Shown: positions 50,240 through 63,953, numbered from the stretch's first letter. The stretch: 64,000 nt of DNA from Eledone cirrhosa (GCA_964016885.1 OZ024745.1:71300001-71364000), one strand, 5' to 3'. Program-made: numbers and translations. Notes: generated by a model not told the origin, from the sequence alone.

Positions 50240-50735
50240 CAGTATATATATACATATATATCTTCTTCTTCCCCCACTTATTCCTGAGAAAGGTCGGGGG
50301 GGGGGCAAACATTTTCCGTTGCTTTTTAAATCAGCCGTATACACATCTAGCTACATGCATAAAATCTGAAAAGTGGGAATTGCCAGATAACAGCTCTTTA
50401 GCATAAGAGTTAACGAACTCGCCCCATATCAGAGAGATATGGGCTTCCATTCCTCTCAGGCACCTTTGTCCACTTTTTCTGTCTCTATTACTTTTTCAAT
50501 TATTATTTATACTGACCCACTCTTATTATAGCCATTTACGTTGGTACAACTACGTTTACACCCACCCACACGCACACCTATATATATATATAAGGATTAA
50601 AATACTGGAGCGTGTTGGAGTTAAACACCCTCTTCGTATTATAGAAATGACAGTAAAAGGTATAGCTCAATGTAATTAAACAGAGCCGAAGAATTATGAA
50701 AATAAAACAAAGAAGCCTTCAATACATCAAAAGTC

Positions 50736-50787
50736 TTTATTAGCCAACAATGTTTCGTCCTATTAAGGACTCATCAGGGCAATCAAA
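50736..50787 (-). ncRNA. Minimal type I HHR, family B
   Basis: Reverse complement of 54,364-54,415. Confidence 0.85.
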
Positions 50788-52481
50788 ACCACAAGAAGCA
50801 CTATCGGCCAATACAAGCCGAAAACTCCGAAGAATATGGAGTGTACATACACTAAAGTATTGGAAGATTATGGGTAAAAATATATAATAAAAATCACTAA
50901 GGAGGTGGATAACATTTTGAACCATATTACAAATATAGTCCAAAGCAAAAAACTAGAGCTAAACAAAGGTGGTTATATAGAGCGGGAATTATACTACTAT
51001 ATGTAATACAATATAATATAATATAATATACTTGTAACAATATTAAAATTAAAATTAAAATTAAAATTAAAAGGCACAATATACATATGTATATTTATAC
51101 GCACACGTACGCACATATACATATACATCAATACACATTTCCATCATTAACAGCACAAATTAAACCTTATTAAGAGTTTAAATATAAATAAGCATAATAG
51201 GAATAAAAATAAAAATAATACATATATCTAATATACAGTATAACATGAAGTAATGAAATGATTAAAAGTAACACATATAATATATAATAAACTATATAAT
51301 TATATAATATATAATATAATATAATAGATAATCTCCGGTTAATTTACACAAACAATATAGATGTCACAATAGCACTATAATAATAATATAATAATATATA
51401 ATATATAATGGCATGTAAGTTAACAAATCAATTCATATAGAGTTTCAGAGCAGGTGAGAAAAAAAAAATAAATTGTACAATACCTAAAATTATGATGGTA
51501 CAAAAATATAAACATCTTACATGATATATAAAATTTAACATATCATAATGGTACATAAAATCATCGGTAAGTAATAAGGATCAATAGTACATTTACAAAG
51601 AGTTGAATAACAACTTCAATATAAAATAATGAACATAATATAATATATAATTACTTATAATTACAAGGTTGGTAAACAGACACATATATGAATGAGTGAA
51701 TAAGGGCCAGACAGAAAATACTATGCACAGTAGTATTAATAAATAAATAAATAAAATCGACCGGAAATCAAAAAACAAAAACAAAAGTATTTACTTAGGT
51801 CTCACATGCAGTTAAGTAAAAACTTAGGAAACAACCCGGATAAATGACTAGAAAACCCTATTTGATAAATTAATATTGAAATTTTTTAGAATACCTAATA
51901 AGGCAATACAATATTAGCTATGGTTTAAGTAATCAAAAACCCTAAACATTAATATGTCACTATAAATATATATAGAAAGGAATGAAATATTCTACTATCA
52001 TTTACATAACGATATCTAAAAAACTGACTTAAGCAGAATTATGGTAGGCTAAAGTGGCCAGAAAAAAAGAAATGTATGAAGGATACAAAGGAGCATAAAA
52101 TCATAATCAATATACTCTATTATATAATAGAAAGGAGCATAAAAAAGGGGATTAAATATAATCATAATATATTTGAAGGGGTTAGCAATAAGTTTATGTG
52201 TGCATGGGGGGGGAAGGGGGAGGAGGGGGGTTATCCAAAGAAGAATCCAAATAAAATAAAATAAAATGAAATAAAATAATATAAAATATATAATCAGATA
52301 TATACTCATAAGGTGTTAATAGTGAAAATTTAATGTGTAAGAGGATAGATATGGTATAGTAGCCAAAAGATTATGAGAGCTAGAATAAAAAGTTGTCAAA
52401 AACCAATGATAATAATGATGATAATAATGGTGGTAAACAAAAAGAACCTAAACTAAAAAAATAAGTAATGGAATATATCAG

Positions 52482-54071
52482 CTAATGGATACAATTTACA
52501 CTACTAGAACCTTTAGGTTTATAATAAAAATAAGAATTAGAAATAGCGTGGGGGCAAGAAGAGAATATCTCAGACTTTCTATTAAGTAAGGATTCACTAG
52601 AGAAAATTATAGAGTGTGTCTCGAGGATACAGAGATTACAAAATTTAGTATGTGTAGAAAGGTTATTAGAGCGTGCTACTAAACGCCAATTAAGGCTATA
52701 TGGTATATTAGCCCCCTTAAGATCCCAGATATAGTGTGCTAAAGAAGTAGAATTCTTAAACTTAACATGTTTGAAATTAGAGATATGAGAATTAAACCTA
52801 GTCTTAAAAGTGTTAGATGTAGAGCCTATATAAGTTCTATTAGAGGAATTAGTTATAACTACGCAAGCATAAACGATGTTCTTAGAGAGGCAGTTACCGT
52901 TTAAAGGGCAGTTAGCACTCACTCTACAGTTACACTTCCGGGTGCTATTGATTGGCTGAAGTAGTGATGCATTACACATAGGATTACTATTAGATAAGGT
53001 CTGCTCTGGTGGTAAGGCATTTGCAGATCTGTTCAGACTAGTAGTATGTAGAGAGGAGTATCCATCCCTAATTTTCCTATTGTTAGTGCTAGCTAAATGA
53101 GAACTAATATTAGGGGTGGTAGAGAATGAAAGTTTAATAACATTCTTATTAAAAATACTATGGTATTTATGAGAAGGGGGGAAATTTTTCTCTAAGATAG
53201 AAAAGAAAGACCTAGGGATATTAGTTAATACTTCCTGATTATATGGCGGGTTAAAATAAGTATTTAGTCTCCTTCTATTTTTATCCTTTCCGACTCTACC
53301 ATTATCCAATATCCCATTATTAAGACTAGGGTTACTACAAGGATTAGTTAAAACCGCATTATTAGAATCAGCCGAAATTCCATTAAGTCTCTTTCTGTTT
53401 CTACCTCTAGTAGATCTGCTGCTGTCTGGAATCCTATCAAAAGGGTTAGGGCCAATAATAGGATCAGTAAAAACAACATTATTAGAATTAGATCTAGCAA
53501 AAGCATCACCAATGAGTGAGCGCTCAGAGGGTTCGACTTGATTCCAAGAGGTATTATATTCCCTATTACGAGTCCGGTGGGTTAACTTATGGATGGGTTC
53601 AGATACACCTATGTAATTTCTACGATTATTATGCTTCCTACTCCCATTCATGGCCATGTTATGGGATATTATGTTATTATTATTATAAGTAAGCGGAGAC
53701 TTTCTAAGGTTACTATTATTATAATGTATTTTACTAGAGTAACCGGAATTAGCTAGGGCATTATTATAGTACTCCGCATGTTCATTAAATGTTCCTACGT
53801 CTTTAGAGAGTGTGGAAATCCTATTAGATACACCCTTAATTATAGAGCTTATCATAGATTTGGGGTGGTTAGAATTGGGACTAACATAAGAAAGTATTTC
53901 ATTAGGCTTATGGAAGGGTTTAAAACTATTAGTGACCAAGTCCAAAGTCACATCTAAAAAGTTGACCGCTCTATCGTTTCTATCTATCGTGATCGAAAGG
54001 TTATAGCTTTTAAAAAACTTATAAAGCTTCTTCTTATTATGCTCGACATTGTTGGTGCTAGAGTTAATCAC
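52482..54071 (-). pseudogene. PLE polyprotein C-terminal part (RT thumb + linker + GIY-YIG endonuclease), 5'-truncated
   Basis: Motifs VNFLDVTLDL, SNHPKS, FNPPY, IKLSFSTTPN, CNCRVSANCPLNGNC, IVYAC...YIGST..FKTRFNSH, CNLC..E and LLNRKSEIFSSCPH. It begins just after where YRDD would lie, by alignment with the 55.7-kb ORF. Confidence 0.9.
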
Positions 54072-54363
54072 AAACTTTTAATTTTAATTTTAATATTGTT
54101 ACAAGTATATTATATTATATTATATTATATTATATTATATTGTATTACATATAGTAGTATAATTCCCGCTCTATATAACCACCTTTGTTTAGCTCTAGTT
54201 TTTTGCTTTGGACTATATTTGTAATATGGTTCAAAATGTTATCCACCTCCTTAGTGATTTTTATTATATATTTTTACCCATAATCTTCCAATACTTTAGT
54301 GTATCTACACTCCATATTCTTCGGAGTTTTCGGCTTGTATTGGCCGATAGTGCTTCTTGTGGT

Positions 54364-54415
54364 TTTGATTGCCCTGATGAGTCCTTAATAGGACGAAACA
54401 TTGTTGGCTAATAAA
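54364..54415 (+). ncRNA. Minimal type I HHR, family B
   Basis: GCC-CTGATGA(54,374-80)-GTCCT taat AGGAC-GAAA-CATTG-TT-GGC. GUU cleavage triplet. Confidence 0.85.
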
Positions 54416-54449
54416 GACTTTTGATGTATTGAAGGCTTCTTTGTTTTAT

Positions 54450-54675
<226 letters not shown>

Positions 54676-54941
54676 GCTAAAATGTATCACTGTGCAATTG
54701 CTTTAGATTCAACAGACTGTCCCAGATCACTTATCAGTCTGTTCTACTAACATCCAACACAATACCTGCAAGATAAAGAGACACTCGGTAATTATAATGT
54801 AGACTGCTGTTCTTACATACAACAGATATGCTTGTCAAGTTTCACTAATGTTGCAACTATTTCTTATTACAGAACACAATACAGCGCCATTGATAGAATA
54901 CCAAACATCTGGAGTCTTTACTAAGAATAGCGACACAAAAT

Positions 54942-55039
<98 letters not shown>

Positions 55040-55150
55040 ATATTGTTAGAAATAGCTTTTAGTGAATATACTTCTAAATGTATATGATGAGAGTCATTAT
55101 TACTATTTAAGACGAAATATTTCACTGCCTCTCCTTCGTCTGTTAATCTG

Positions 55151-55207
<57 letters not shown>

Positions 55208-55330
55208 GGAGGTGAGTTTTATTGTAGTACAATAAAGCAATGCAGATATCGGATAAGAAGCACTCTACAGTTTGTAGGACTGGAGTATACATAATATATA
55301 AGAACAAAAGATGGTTAAAAGAGTTCCATG

Positions 55331-55402
55331 TATTTTATTATGCGCATTTCAAAAAACAAATATCATCATGCAATAATATTTGTGTTTTCATCAGATAAAA
55401 CA
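55331..55402 (-). ncRNA. Minimal type I HHR, family A (inverted pLTR)
   Basis: Reverse complement of the family A motif. Confidence 0.8.
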
Positions 55403-55426
55403 GGAGGACATGATATCATGTCCTCC

Positions 55427-55500
55427 TGTTTTATCTGATGAAAACACAAATATTATTATTGCATGATGATGTTTGTTTTTGAAATGCGCATAATAAAATA
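55427..55500 (+). ncRNA. Minimal type I HHR, family A (5' pLTR)
   Basis: CTGATGA at 55,435-41, followed by GAAA-TGCGCA-TA. Stem I is TTTTAT/ATAAAA. Confidence 0.8.
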
Positions 55501-55706
55501 CATGGAACTCCTTTAACCATCTTTTGATCTTATATATTATGTATACTCCAGTCCTACAAACTGTAGAGTGCTTCTTATCCGATATCTGCATTGCTTTATT
55601 GTACTACAATAAAACTCACCTCCTACATTAACTTGCTCCTTAACGGTTGAGCGCTTACTCTCATATTGGATACCTTCTGATGGTCTTTTACCTCTTCTTC
55701 TACAAC

Positions 55707-58093
55707 ATGGATTATTACAACATAACCAATTCAACTAAAGACATTCCTATACCTGGTAAATCTGAATTCACCAAACTTCTAATTGAAACAACTGACTCCT
55801 TCGTAATAAGACTTAGATGGATAGCCTATTTCTATGACCAGCGCCTAAAAGGGAACTTCTATACCAAAGAACATAACTTCCTCGATCATCTATTTAATTC
55901 TAGAAGAAATCCTCCTTCCAACAAAAATCTAGTGCAATTCGAGGAAGAGTTAACAAATATTATAAAAAATCTTAAATTCAAGAGATACCCTTACAAAGGA
56001 CAAGAGCACCTTGTAAATCTCAAGAACACAATTTCTAACCTAAATTCCTCAAAAAATGTTTTAGTCCACTCTGACAAAACCAATAACTTATATGGTATTT
56101 CCAAGGATAATTATAACAACCTTATCCTAAAGGAACTTAGGAAAAAGTATCGTAAAACCAACCATGAAAATGTAGAATACATAAACCTTGAAGCCTCTGA
56201 GATTATGTCAAAACTTGACATTGAAAAAAAGACCGAACCATTCCTCCCAAGAACTCCGAGGATAAATCTCAAGGATCACAAAAACAATTTTCGCACTGAA
56301 CTACCTGTTAGATTAATCGCCCCCTCTAAATCTGATCTGGGGGTTGTTAGTAAAGCCATCTTGGATAGAATTATCCCACAGGTTAGTTCTAATTGCTCTT
56401 CTTTGAACCTAAATTTATGGTTTGGTACTTCTGAAGTGATTGGCTGGTTCAACAAATTGGATAATAAAAACAAACTAAAATTTATTCAATTTGATATTGC
56501 CAGCTACTATTCCTCCATTTCGCCTTCACTTCTCAATAATGCTCTATCTTTCGCACTTAAATATTCTGACATCACCACAGATGAACTTCACATCATCCTC
56601 ACCGCACGTAAAACCATCCTAGAGTTCAACAACGAATATTGGACCAGAGCCGATACCTCTAACAATTTCGACATCACAATGGGAGCATCCGATTCATCCC
56701 AATTGACTGATTTAATTGGTATCTTTATTTTGAACTCTTTGAGTCGGAAAATTCCTCAACTTCGCGGTGGAATTTATCGTGACGATGGACTCTTTACTAT
56801 CTTAAATTGCAATATAGTTAACTTTAATATTATTAAGAACAATATACGTAATTTCTTTAACCAACATAACCTAAAAATTGAATTTGATAACAGTATCAAA
56901 CTAGCTAATTTCTTGGATGTATCTCTTAATCTTGACACTGGCCTATATTACCCTTACCATAAAAACAATGAGAACCTAAATTATGTTAACTTTAAATCTA
57001 ACCACCCTACCAATATCAAGAATGCTATAGTTAGTAATATTGGAAAAGGAATATCTAACATATCTTCTAATAAAAACATCTTTGATGCTAACGCCAATTA
57101 CTATAATAACGCACTTTCTAAAGCCGGCTATCCTGATAAAATCAAATTTAGCAAAGAAACAAATTCTAGAAAAACTTACAGTAGAATAATTAATCATGAT
57201 CATTCCAATAACTTTAATAAAAGACCTAGATACAAAAACATAATCTGGTATAATGCTCCTTTCTCCATCTCTATTAATAACAATATTCCTAAATTATTCT
57301 TTAGTGCCTTAAATAAATGCTTCCCTCCCTCACATATCTATAGTAAAATATTTAACAAACACACCATAAAATTTTCTTATTCTACATCCTCCAATATTTC
57401 CAACATTATCTCTAAACACGACAATAAAATACTAAATACTAAATCTCTTCCTTCCAACACTGAATTTCATAATAACAGTAATAGTACTCGCGACGTCATT
57501 GTAAACCCTAGGCTAATTTCTGTAAACCCAAATATAACGTCAAACACAACTTCGCTAAATGTTCATAATCCAACTCTAAATCAAGAAACTATTATTTCTA
57601 TCGCAAACAACTTCTCCAATCCAATTCCTTCTATAGATAACACTAGGTCACTCATTAATAATCTCTCTAATTGCAACTGCCCTATTAAAAATAAACGTCC
57701 TCTCAACAACCATTGTCTTGATAAAAACTTAATTTATGAATGTAAAGTTATAACTAGCACCAATTCCTTCACCTATTTTGGCTCCACTTCCACCTCTTTT
57801 AAAGCTCGTCTCTATAATCATCATTCATCTTTTAAATACAAACTTAAAAGAACCAACACGGCTCTCTCAGAACTCATATGGTCCTTGAAAGACAAAAACA
57901 TTAAATATACCATCTTTTGGAAGAAGGTTTCTTCTGCGTCTTGAACTGCTCTCTATCTAAAATCTGTAATCTCTGCCTAAATGAAAAATTTACCGTTATC
58001 TCTAATCTAGATTCTATAATAAATAGACGTACAGATTTGTTTTCTATCTGCTTGCATAAATTCCATAAGACTTTTCACAAAGTATACAGCTAA
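55707..58093 (+). pseudogene. PLE reverse transcriptase + GIY-YIG endonuclease, with one frameshift near the C-terminus
   Basis: ATG at 55,707. Motifs STKDIP..RLRW, SDKTNNLY, LKDHK, RLIAP, FDIASYY, MGASDS, YRDDG, NFLDVSL, SNHP, CNC..PL, LIYEC..YFGST. Stop at 57,942-44, but the -1 frame continues KICNLCLNEK...INRRTDLFSICLH to TAA at 58,091-93. Confidence 0.92.
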
Positions 58094-58916
58094 TATTCAA
58101 TTCTTTATCAATTTAGAATCTTTTCTCAAAGGCACATATACATACACTTCTTTTAAAATATACCCATCTTCCTACCTTACTTCAAAGGGTATTATACACT
58201 CTATAATACTTGTTTACTCATTACCCTCACTCTATCTTCACCTTGTAAAATCCTTCGTAACATATACATTTGTTTTGACACCAGAGTATTCATCCTTAAT
58301 TTATTATTTTTTCTCCCCATCATCTAACTCATTCTTAATACATATTAACTCTTTCTTCGCACATATTATCAATTCCTTCAATATACAAACCTTAACTTCA
58401 CATTATTTTTCTCAAATCCTTCAATACACAAACCTTAATAATTTTTTCTCTTCGTTAATTTTCAAATTTCCATAATACTTGTAAACATACACACAATTTT
58501 TTTTTACGTTAGAATATTCGTCCGCAATCCATTATTCTTTTTTCTCTCTATCATCAAACTTTTTAATCTCTATACATATTAACTCCCTCTCCTTCTTCGT
58601 ACATATTTTTCCCTTCGTTAATTTTCAAATTCTTTTAATTTATACATTATCTTCCAACGGTTTTCAACCTCTCTATGTAAAACAATATATCTTTTCTCAG
58701 TTATAAAAACTATCTCTTTCTCTCTATCACCCATCTCTCTCTCTCCACCTTCACTCTCATCTCCTCCCCTTTTTTTCATCCTTTCCACCACCACCACCCC
58801 CTCTCTAAATAAAATATTTTTCCCAATATCACACATCAATCTAAAATTACTTTTCATATGTTGATTTAAAACTGCACTATCCACAAGTGTTTTTTAGCCT
58901 TCATATCATGTCCTCC

Positions 58917-58990
58917 TGTTTTATCTGATGAAAACACAAATATTATTATTGCATGATGATGTTTGTTTTTGAAATGCGCATAATAAAATA
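58917..58990 (+). ncRNA. Minimal type I HHR, family A (3' pLTR)
   Basis: CTGATGA at 58,925-31; stem II ACAAATATTATTAT/ATGATGATGTTTGT with G-U pairs; GAAA at 58,971-74; palindromic TGCGCA; predicted cleavage after 58,982. Confidence 0.8.
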
Positions 58991-59046
58991 CATGGAACTC
59001 CTTTAACCATCTTTTGATCTTATATATATATATATATATATATATA

Positions 59047-59552
59047 GCGGCGATTAATTAGTTTAGCGAGGTTTTTTATATGAAATCGTGTGTCGAAACA
59101 GATATTGTTATACTTGGGGAGGGTCATATTTGCGTAATATTGCCAGAATTAATAACAGAACACACTCACTGTTTGGTTGGTTTTCGCTTCTCGCTGTCTT
59201 TTATATCTGCGATCTAACTTACTCGGTCCTCAATGTTGCCATGAGACTGAATAAAAAAATGGCGTAGACATACAACACAACAGGAGGAAAAAAGAAAAAA
59301 TATAACACCACTGACGATGTTGCAGATGTGCAACGAAAGATTTATGTAAATTATGTAAACTATATATATGTGTTTGTGTCTATATTGTATCTGTATTGTT
59401 TTTGACCGTCGGTCAGTCAATGGCAACATTGAGGACCGAGTAAGTTAGATCGCAGATATAAAAGACAGCAAGAAGCGAAAACCAACCAAACAGTGAGTGT
59501 GTTCTGTTATTAATTCTGGCAATATTACGCAAATATGACCCTCCCCAAGTAT

Positions 59553-59560
<8 letters not shown>
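59047..59560. mobile_element. ORF-less inverted-repeat insertion, family D
   Basis: Arms ~59,102-59,249 and ~59,413-59,560 are near-perfect inverted repeats. The left arm has ~55 extra bp. (TA)n on both sides, with an HHR-like core in the spacer. Confidence 0.75.
59304..59374 (+). ncRNA. Hammerhead-like motif, family D (stem I degenerate)
   Basis: CTGACGA-tGTTGCA gatg TGCAAC-GAAA-stem III TTTATGTA/TATGTAAA-C-TA. Stem I (AACACCA/TGTGTT) pairs only if an extra TATATA is looped out. Confidence 0.5.
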
Positions 59561-59910
<350 letters not shown>

Positions 59911-60176
59911 TACACCGACAATAGTTTCATTTTCGATTTTGATTTTACTGCTTTATTCAGGAAAGGAAAAGTAGTGGCTTTGACCCTTTTCTTGGGCGTC
60001 CGAGACGTGAGGGTGGAGTGGAGAAAGGTATCCTTAAACCCATAACAGAAGCAATGTTAAGATTGGGGTTAAAAGAGTGTAAATAGGACGCATTTAGACG
60101 GACGTTTATTAAAGCATATTATACTCTGAACAAAGATTTAACCGTATTGCTTGCAACAGGTTGGACTCCGCTAAAG

Positions 60177-60380
60177 CAGACCTGCCAACCTCTCAAAAGC
60201 CAAACGGGGAGTACCATGAAAAAAGTGCCCCAAAATGTGGAGAAATGTAGTAAAATGGGACAAAATAGGGAGATTTTACATAATGAAAGCTATACCCATT
60301 TTCAAAAGTGAAGACATCTTTCACCCACCCCAGAGTGGGCGGGAGATTTCCCCGTCAGACGGGGAGAGTTAACAGGTCTG
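60177..60380. mobile_element. MITE / non-autonomous DNA transposon (hAT-like termini)
   Basis: TIRs CAGACCTGCCAAC / GTTAACAGGTCTG and internal GGGAGA repeats. GCTAAAG occurs on both flanks, offset by 5 nt on the right. Confidence 0.6.
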
Positions 60381-60539
60381 GCTTGGCTAAAGGTACCCAG
60401 GTGACATGATGCTGTGTTCAGCTAGGGTAATAGATTAAGTCTAACCCTCTCCCCGAGTAGGTCATGGAGGGGTTTGAACTTAGAATGACATTATAACTCC
60501 ATATTCAGCTCTTTAATCGTCTTTCGTATTTTCAGTACG

Positions 60540-60680
60540 AGGTGCTATGGATACACTGCCTAGCGGTATTTGTTCAGACATCTCTGTGATCTAAGTTAAT
60601 ATCCCAACGAGATTAACTTTGCCTTTCGCTCTTACGTGGTCAGTAATTCTAAGTACCCGTCTATGGCAATAGATTGATGG
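60540..60680 (+). mobile_element. Degenerate tRNA-SINE fragment
   Basis: CCTAGCGGTATTT...GATTAACTTTGCCTTTC...AAGTACC. Confidence 0.55.
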
Positions 60681-60919
60681 AACTGTTAAATCGTCAGTTG
60701 AGATGTCTTCAGATTATGTATGTTCTAACATGTTGCATTAAATAATGATAATTACCTCCCTTTACATTATTTAAAAGGATTTGTCTATTTATAGCTAAAT
60801 TCAAGATTACCTGCCCTTGAAAAACTCTCCTGTATTTTCTAAAAACTTTTTTTAAAGTCTTCTGTGGAGGTAGCCATCCTTGTTTATATAACAGGATGAA
60901 TGAGATTTGCCTTAAACTT

Positions 60920-61803
60920 TCCTTGATCTCCTTGCTCTCCTTTTACCCTTGCTCTCCTTTTCTCATTGCTCTCCTTGCTCTCCTTTTCTCATTGCTCCCC
61001 TTGCTCTCCTTTTATCCTTGTTCTCCTTACTCTCCTTTTCTCCTTGCACTCCTTGCTCACCTTGCTCTCCTTTTCTCATTGCTCTCATTGCTCTCCTTGC
61101 TCTCCATTTCTTATTGCTCTCCTTGCTCTTCTTTTCTTTTTCCTCTCCTTGCTCTCCTTTCTCGACGATCTCCTTGCTCTTCTTGTCTTATTGCTCTCCT
61201 TGCTCTCATTTTCTCCTTCCTCGCCTTGCTCTCCTTTTCTCCTTCCTCTCCTTTTCTCCTTCCTCTTCTTTTCTCATTGCTCTCCTTGCTCTCCTTTTCT
61301 CATTACTCTCCTTGCTCTCCTTTTATCCTTTTCTCATTGCTCTCCTTGCTCTCCTTGCTCTCCTTTTCTTATTGCTCTCTTTGTTCTTTTCTCCTTCCTT
61401 TCCTTGCTCTCATTTTCTCCTTCTTCTCCTTTTCTCATTGCTCCCCTTTTCTCCTTGCTCTCCTTGCTCTCCTTGCTCTCCTTTTATCCTTGCTCTCCTT
61501 ACTCTCCTCTTCTCATTGCTCTCCTTGCTCACCTTGCTCTCCTTTTCTCATCGATCTCCTTGCTCTTCTTTTCTTCTTCCTCTTCTTGCTCTCCTTTTCT
61601 CATCGATCTCCTTGCTCTCCTTTTATCCTTTCTCTCCTTGCTCTCCTTTTCTTATTGCTATCCTTGCTCTCTTTTTCTTCTTCCTCTCCTTTTCTCCTTC
61701 CTCGCCTTGCTCTCCTTTTCTCCTTCCTCTCCTTGTCTCATTACTCTCCTTGCTCTCCTTTTCTCATTACTCTCCTTGCTCTCCTTGCTCTCCTTTTATC
61801 CTT
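60920..61803. repeat. Degenerate polypyrimidine minisatellite (CTCCTTGCT / CTCCTTTT / CTCATTGCT units)
   Basis: Direct; strong C/T strand asymmetry. Confidence 0.9.
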
Positions 61804-62113
61804 ATACAAATGCAATGAGAAAAGGGGAGCAAGGAGAAATATGAAAGCAGGGATAGTAAGGAGAGTATATATATATAAATATATATCAATAATGATAAGA
61901 TATATATCGATAAAATAAATACCATGTTAAAATAAGTGTTGCATTCACAGAATGACCGCACTCAAATAACTGAAACTAGTAAAGGAATTAAAATGTTCGT
62001 ATTCAAGAATGTACCTGGATAAATTCTTGCCTGAAATCTCTATAAACATAGGTCTTCTAAATTTAAATGTCGGAATTCTCTCCCTTACCTTCCTGAACAA
62101 AGTTTGTCAATAA

Positions 62114-62320
62114 TGATTTCTGATTTGGGCACAAGGTCAATAATTTTGGAGGAGGGAAATGTCGATTAAATCAACCCCAGTGCATTTCAGATACTTTATT
62201 TTATCGGCCCCGTAAGGATGAAAGGTAACGCTAACCTCGGCGGGATTTGAACTCAGAACGTAAAGAACCGGTAACTCTATGCTGCAAAGCATGGTGTCCG
62301 ACGCTCTACCAATACTACCA
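62114..62320 (-). mobile_element. tRNA-derived SINE
   Basis: Homologous to 46,993-47,208 (CCCCGTAAGGATGAAAGG, GGCGGGATTTGAACTCAGA, ACTCTATGCTGCAAAGCATGG). Confidence 0.85.
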
Positions 62321-62354
62321 AAATGATACTAATGACTTTACCTTCATTTGGGAG

Positions 62355-62512
62355 GGTCGGATGCCATGTTTCCCCGCATAGTTACGTCCCTTTACGGTCT
62401 GAGTTCAAATCTCGTCGAGGTTAACTTTGCCTTTAATCCTTACAGGGTTGATAAATTAAAGTACCAGTAATGTACTGGGTAATTGCTGGCCTTGCGCCAA
62501 ATGTAGAAACAA
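62355..62512 (+). mobile_element. tRNA-derived SINE, partial
   Basis: CTGAGTTCAAATCTCGTCGAGGTTAACTTTGCCTTTAATCCTTACAGGGTTGATAAATTAAAGTACCAG. Confidence 0.8.
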
Positions 62513-62614
62513 TTACTTTTGTCACACTACACATGGTATACATGGCATATTAGTTCGTACCTTTTCAAATGTATGACTATAGCTGGTCATTGCAAAACCC
62601 ATAGTAATGGTATA

Positions 62615-62760
62615 AAGAAAGCAAAAGTATTTTATGCCCCACCAACCTTCGGATGGATTAAAATCAAAATTGCCCTTGGTGTAATTTGATCTCAGAACAT
62701 AAAGAACCGAAATAAATACCACAATACATTTATCTGACGCTCTAATGATTCTGCCAATCG
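62615..62760 (-). mobile_element. Degenerate tRNA-SINE 5' part
   Basis: AATTTGATCTCAGAAC...GACGCTCTAATGATTCTGCCAATC. Confidence 0.6.
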
Positions 62761-62789
62761 TCTGTTCTCATATTGATCAGATATTTTAT

Positions 62790-63070
62790 AGTTCGATCTC
62801 CATCGGTTCCGATATCAAGTGTTCCAGTGGTTTGATCAACAAAACAGCCAGTACGTGAAAATACATTGTAAGCAGCTGAACATTCCACAGACACGTGTAC
62901 CCGTAATGCAGGTCTCAGGGGGATTCAGCGTGACACAGTGCATGGTAAGGTTTGTCCTTTGAATCACAGGTATAACTCATTCATTTCAGCAGCTTGGAAA
63001 CTAGGTGAAGTAAAGTGTCTTGCTCAAGGGCACAACGTGCCGAAGAGAGTCGAACACACGACCTTACTAA
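62790..63070 (-). mobile_element. CORE-like SINE
   Basis: Contains AAGTGTCTTGCTCAAGGGCAC, the reverse complement of a CORE-like GTGCCCTTGAGCAAGACAC. Homologous to 48,370-48,695. Confidence 0.75.
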
Positions 63071-63074
63071 TGTG

Positions 63075-63953
<879 letters not shown>

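Larger units (their letters stand above)
55203..59026 (+). mobile_element. Near full-length Penelope-like retroelement, family A (probably Hydra-type clade)
   Basis: Inverted pLTR 55,203-55,414, direct partial pLTR 55,415-55,628, RT+GIY-YIG ORF, ~0.8-kb 3' region and a 3' pLTR ending at ~59,021. (TA)n on both flanks. The clade call is from recalled motifs. Confidence 0.92.

Noticed and set aside
55088-55126. ATGATGA..GTC...GAC-GAAA..TC hammerhead-like motif between TA tracts
   Set aside because: C3 is missing and there is no convincing stem I or III. At best a decayed relic.
60896-61918. Leu/Ser/Pro/Cys-rich ORFs
   Set aside because: These are translations of a low-complexity pyrimidine repeat that is open in all three frames.
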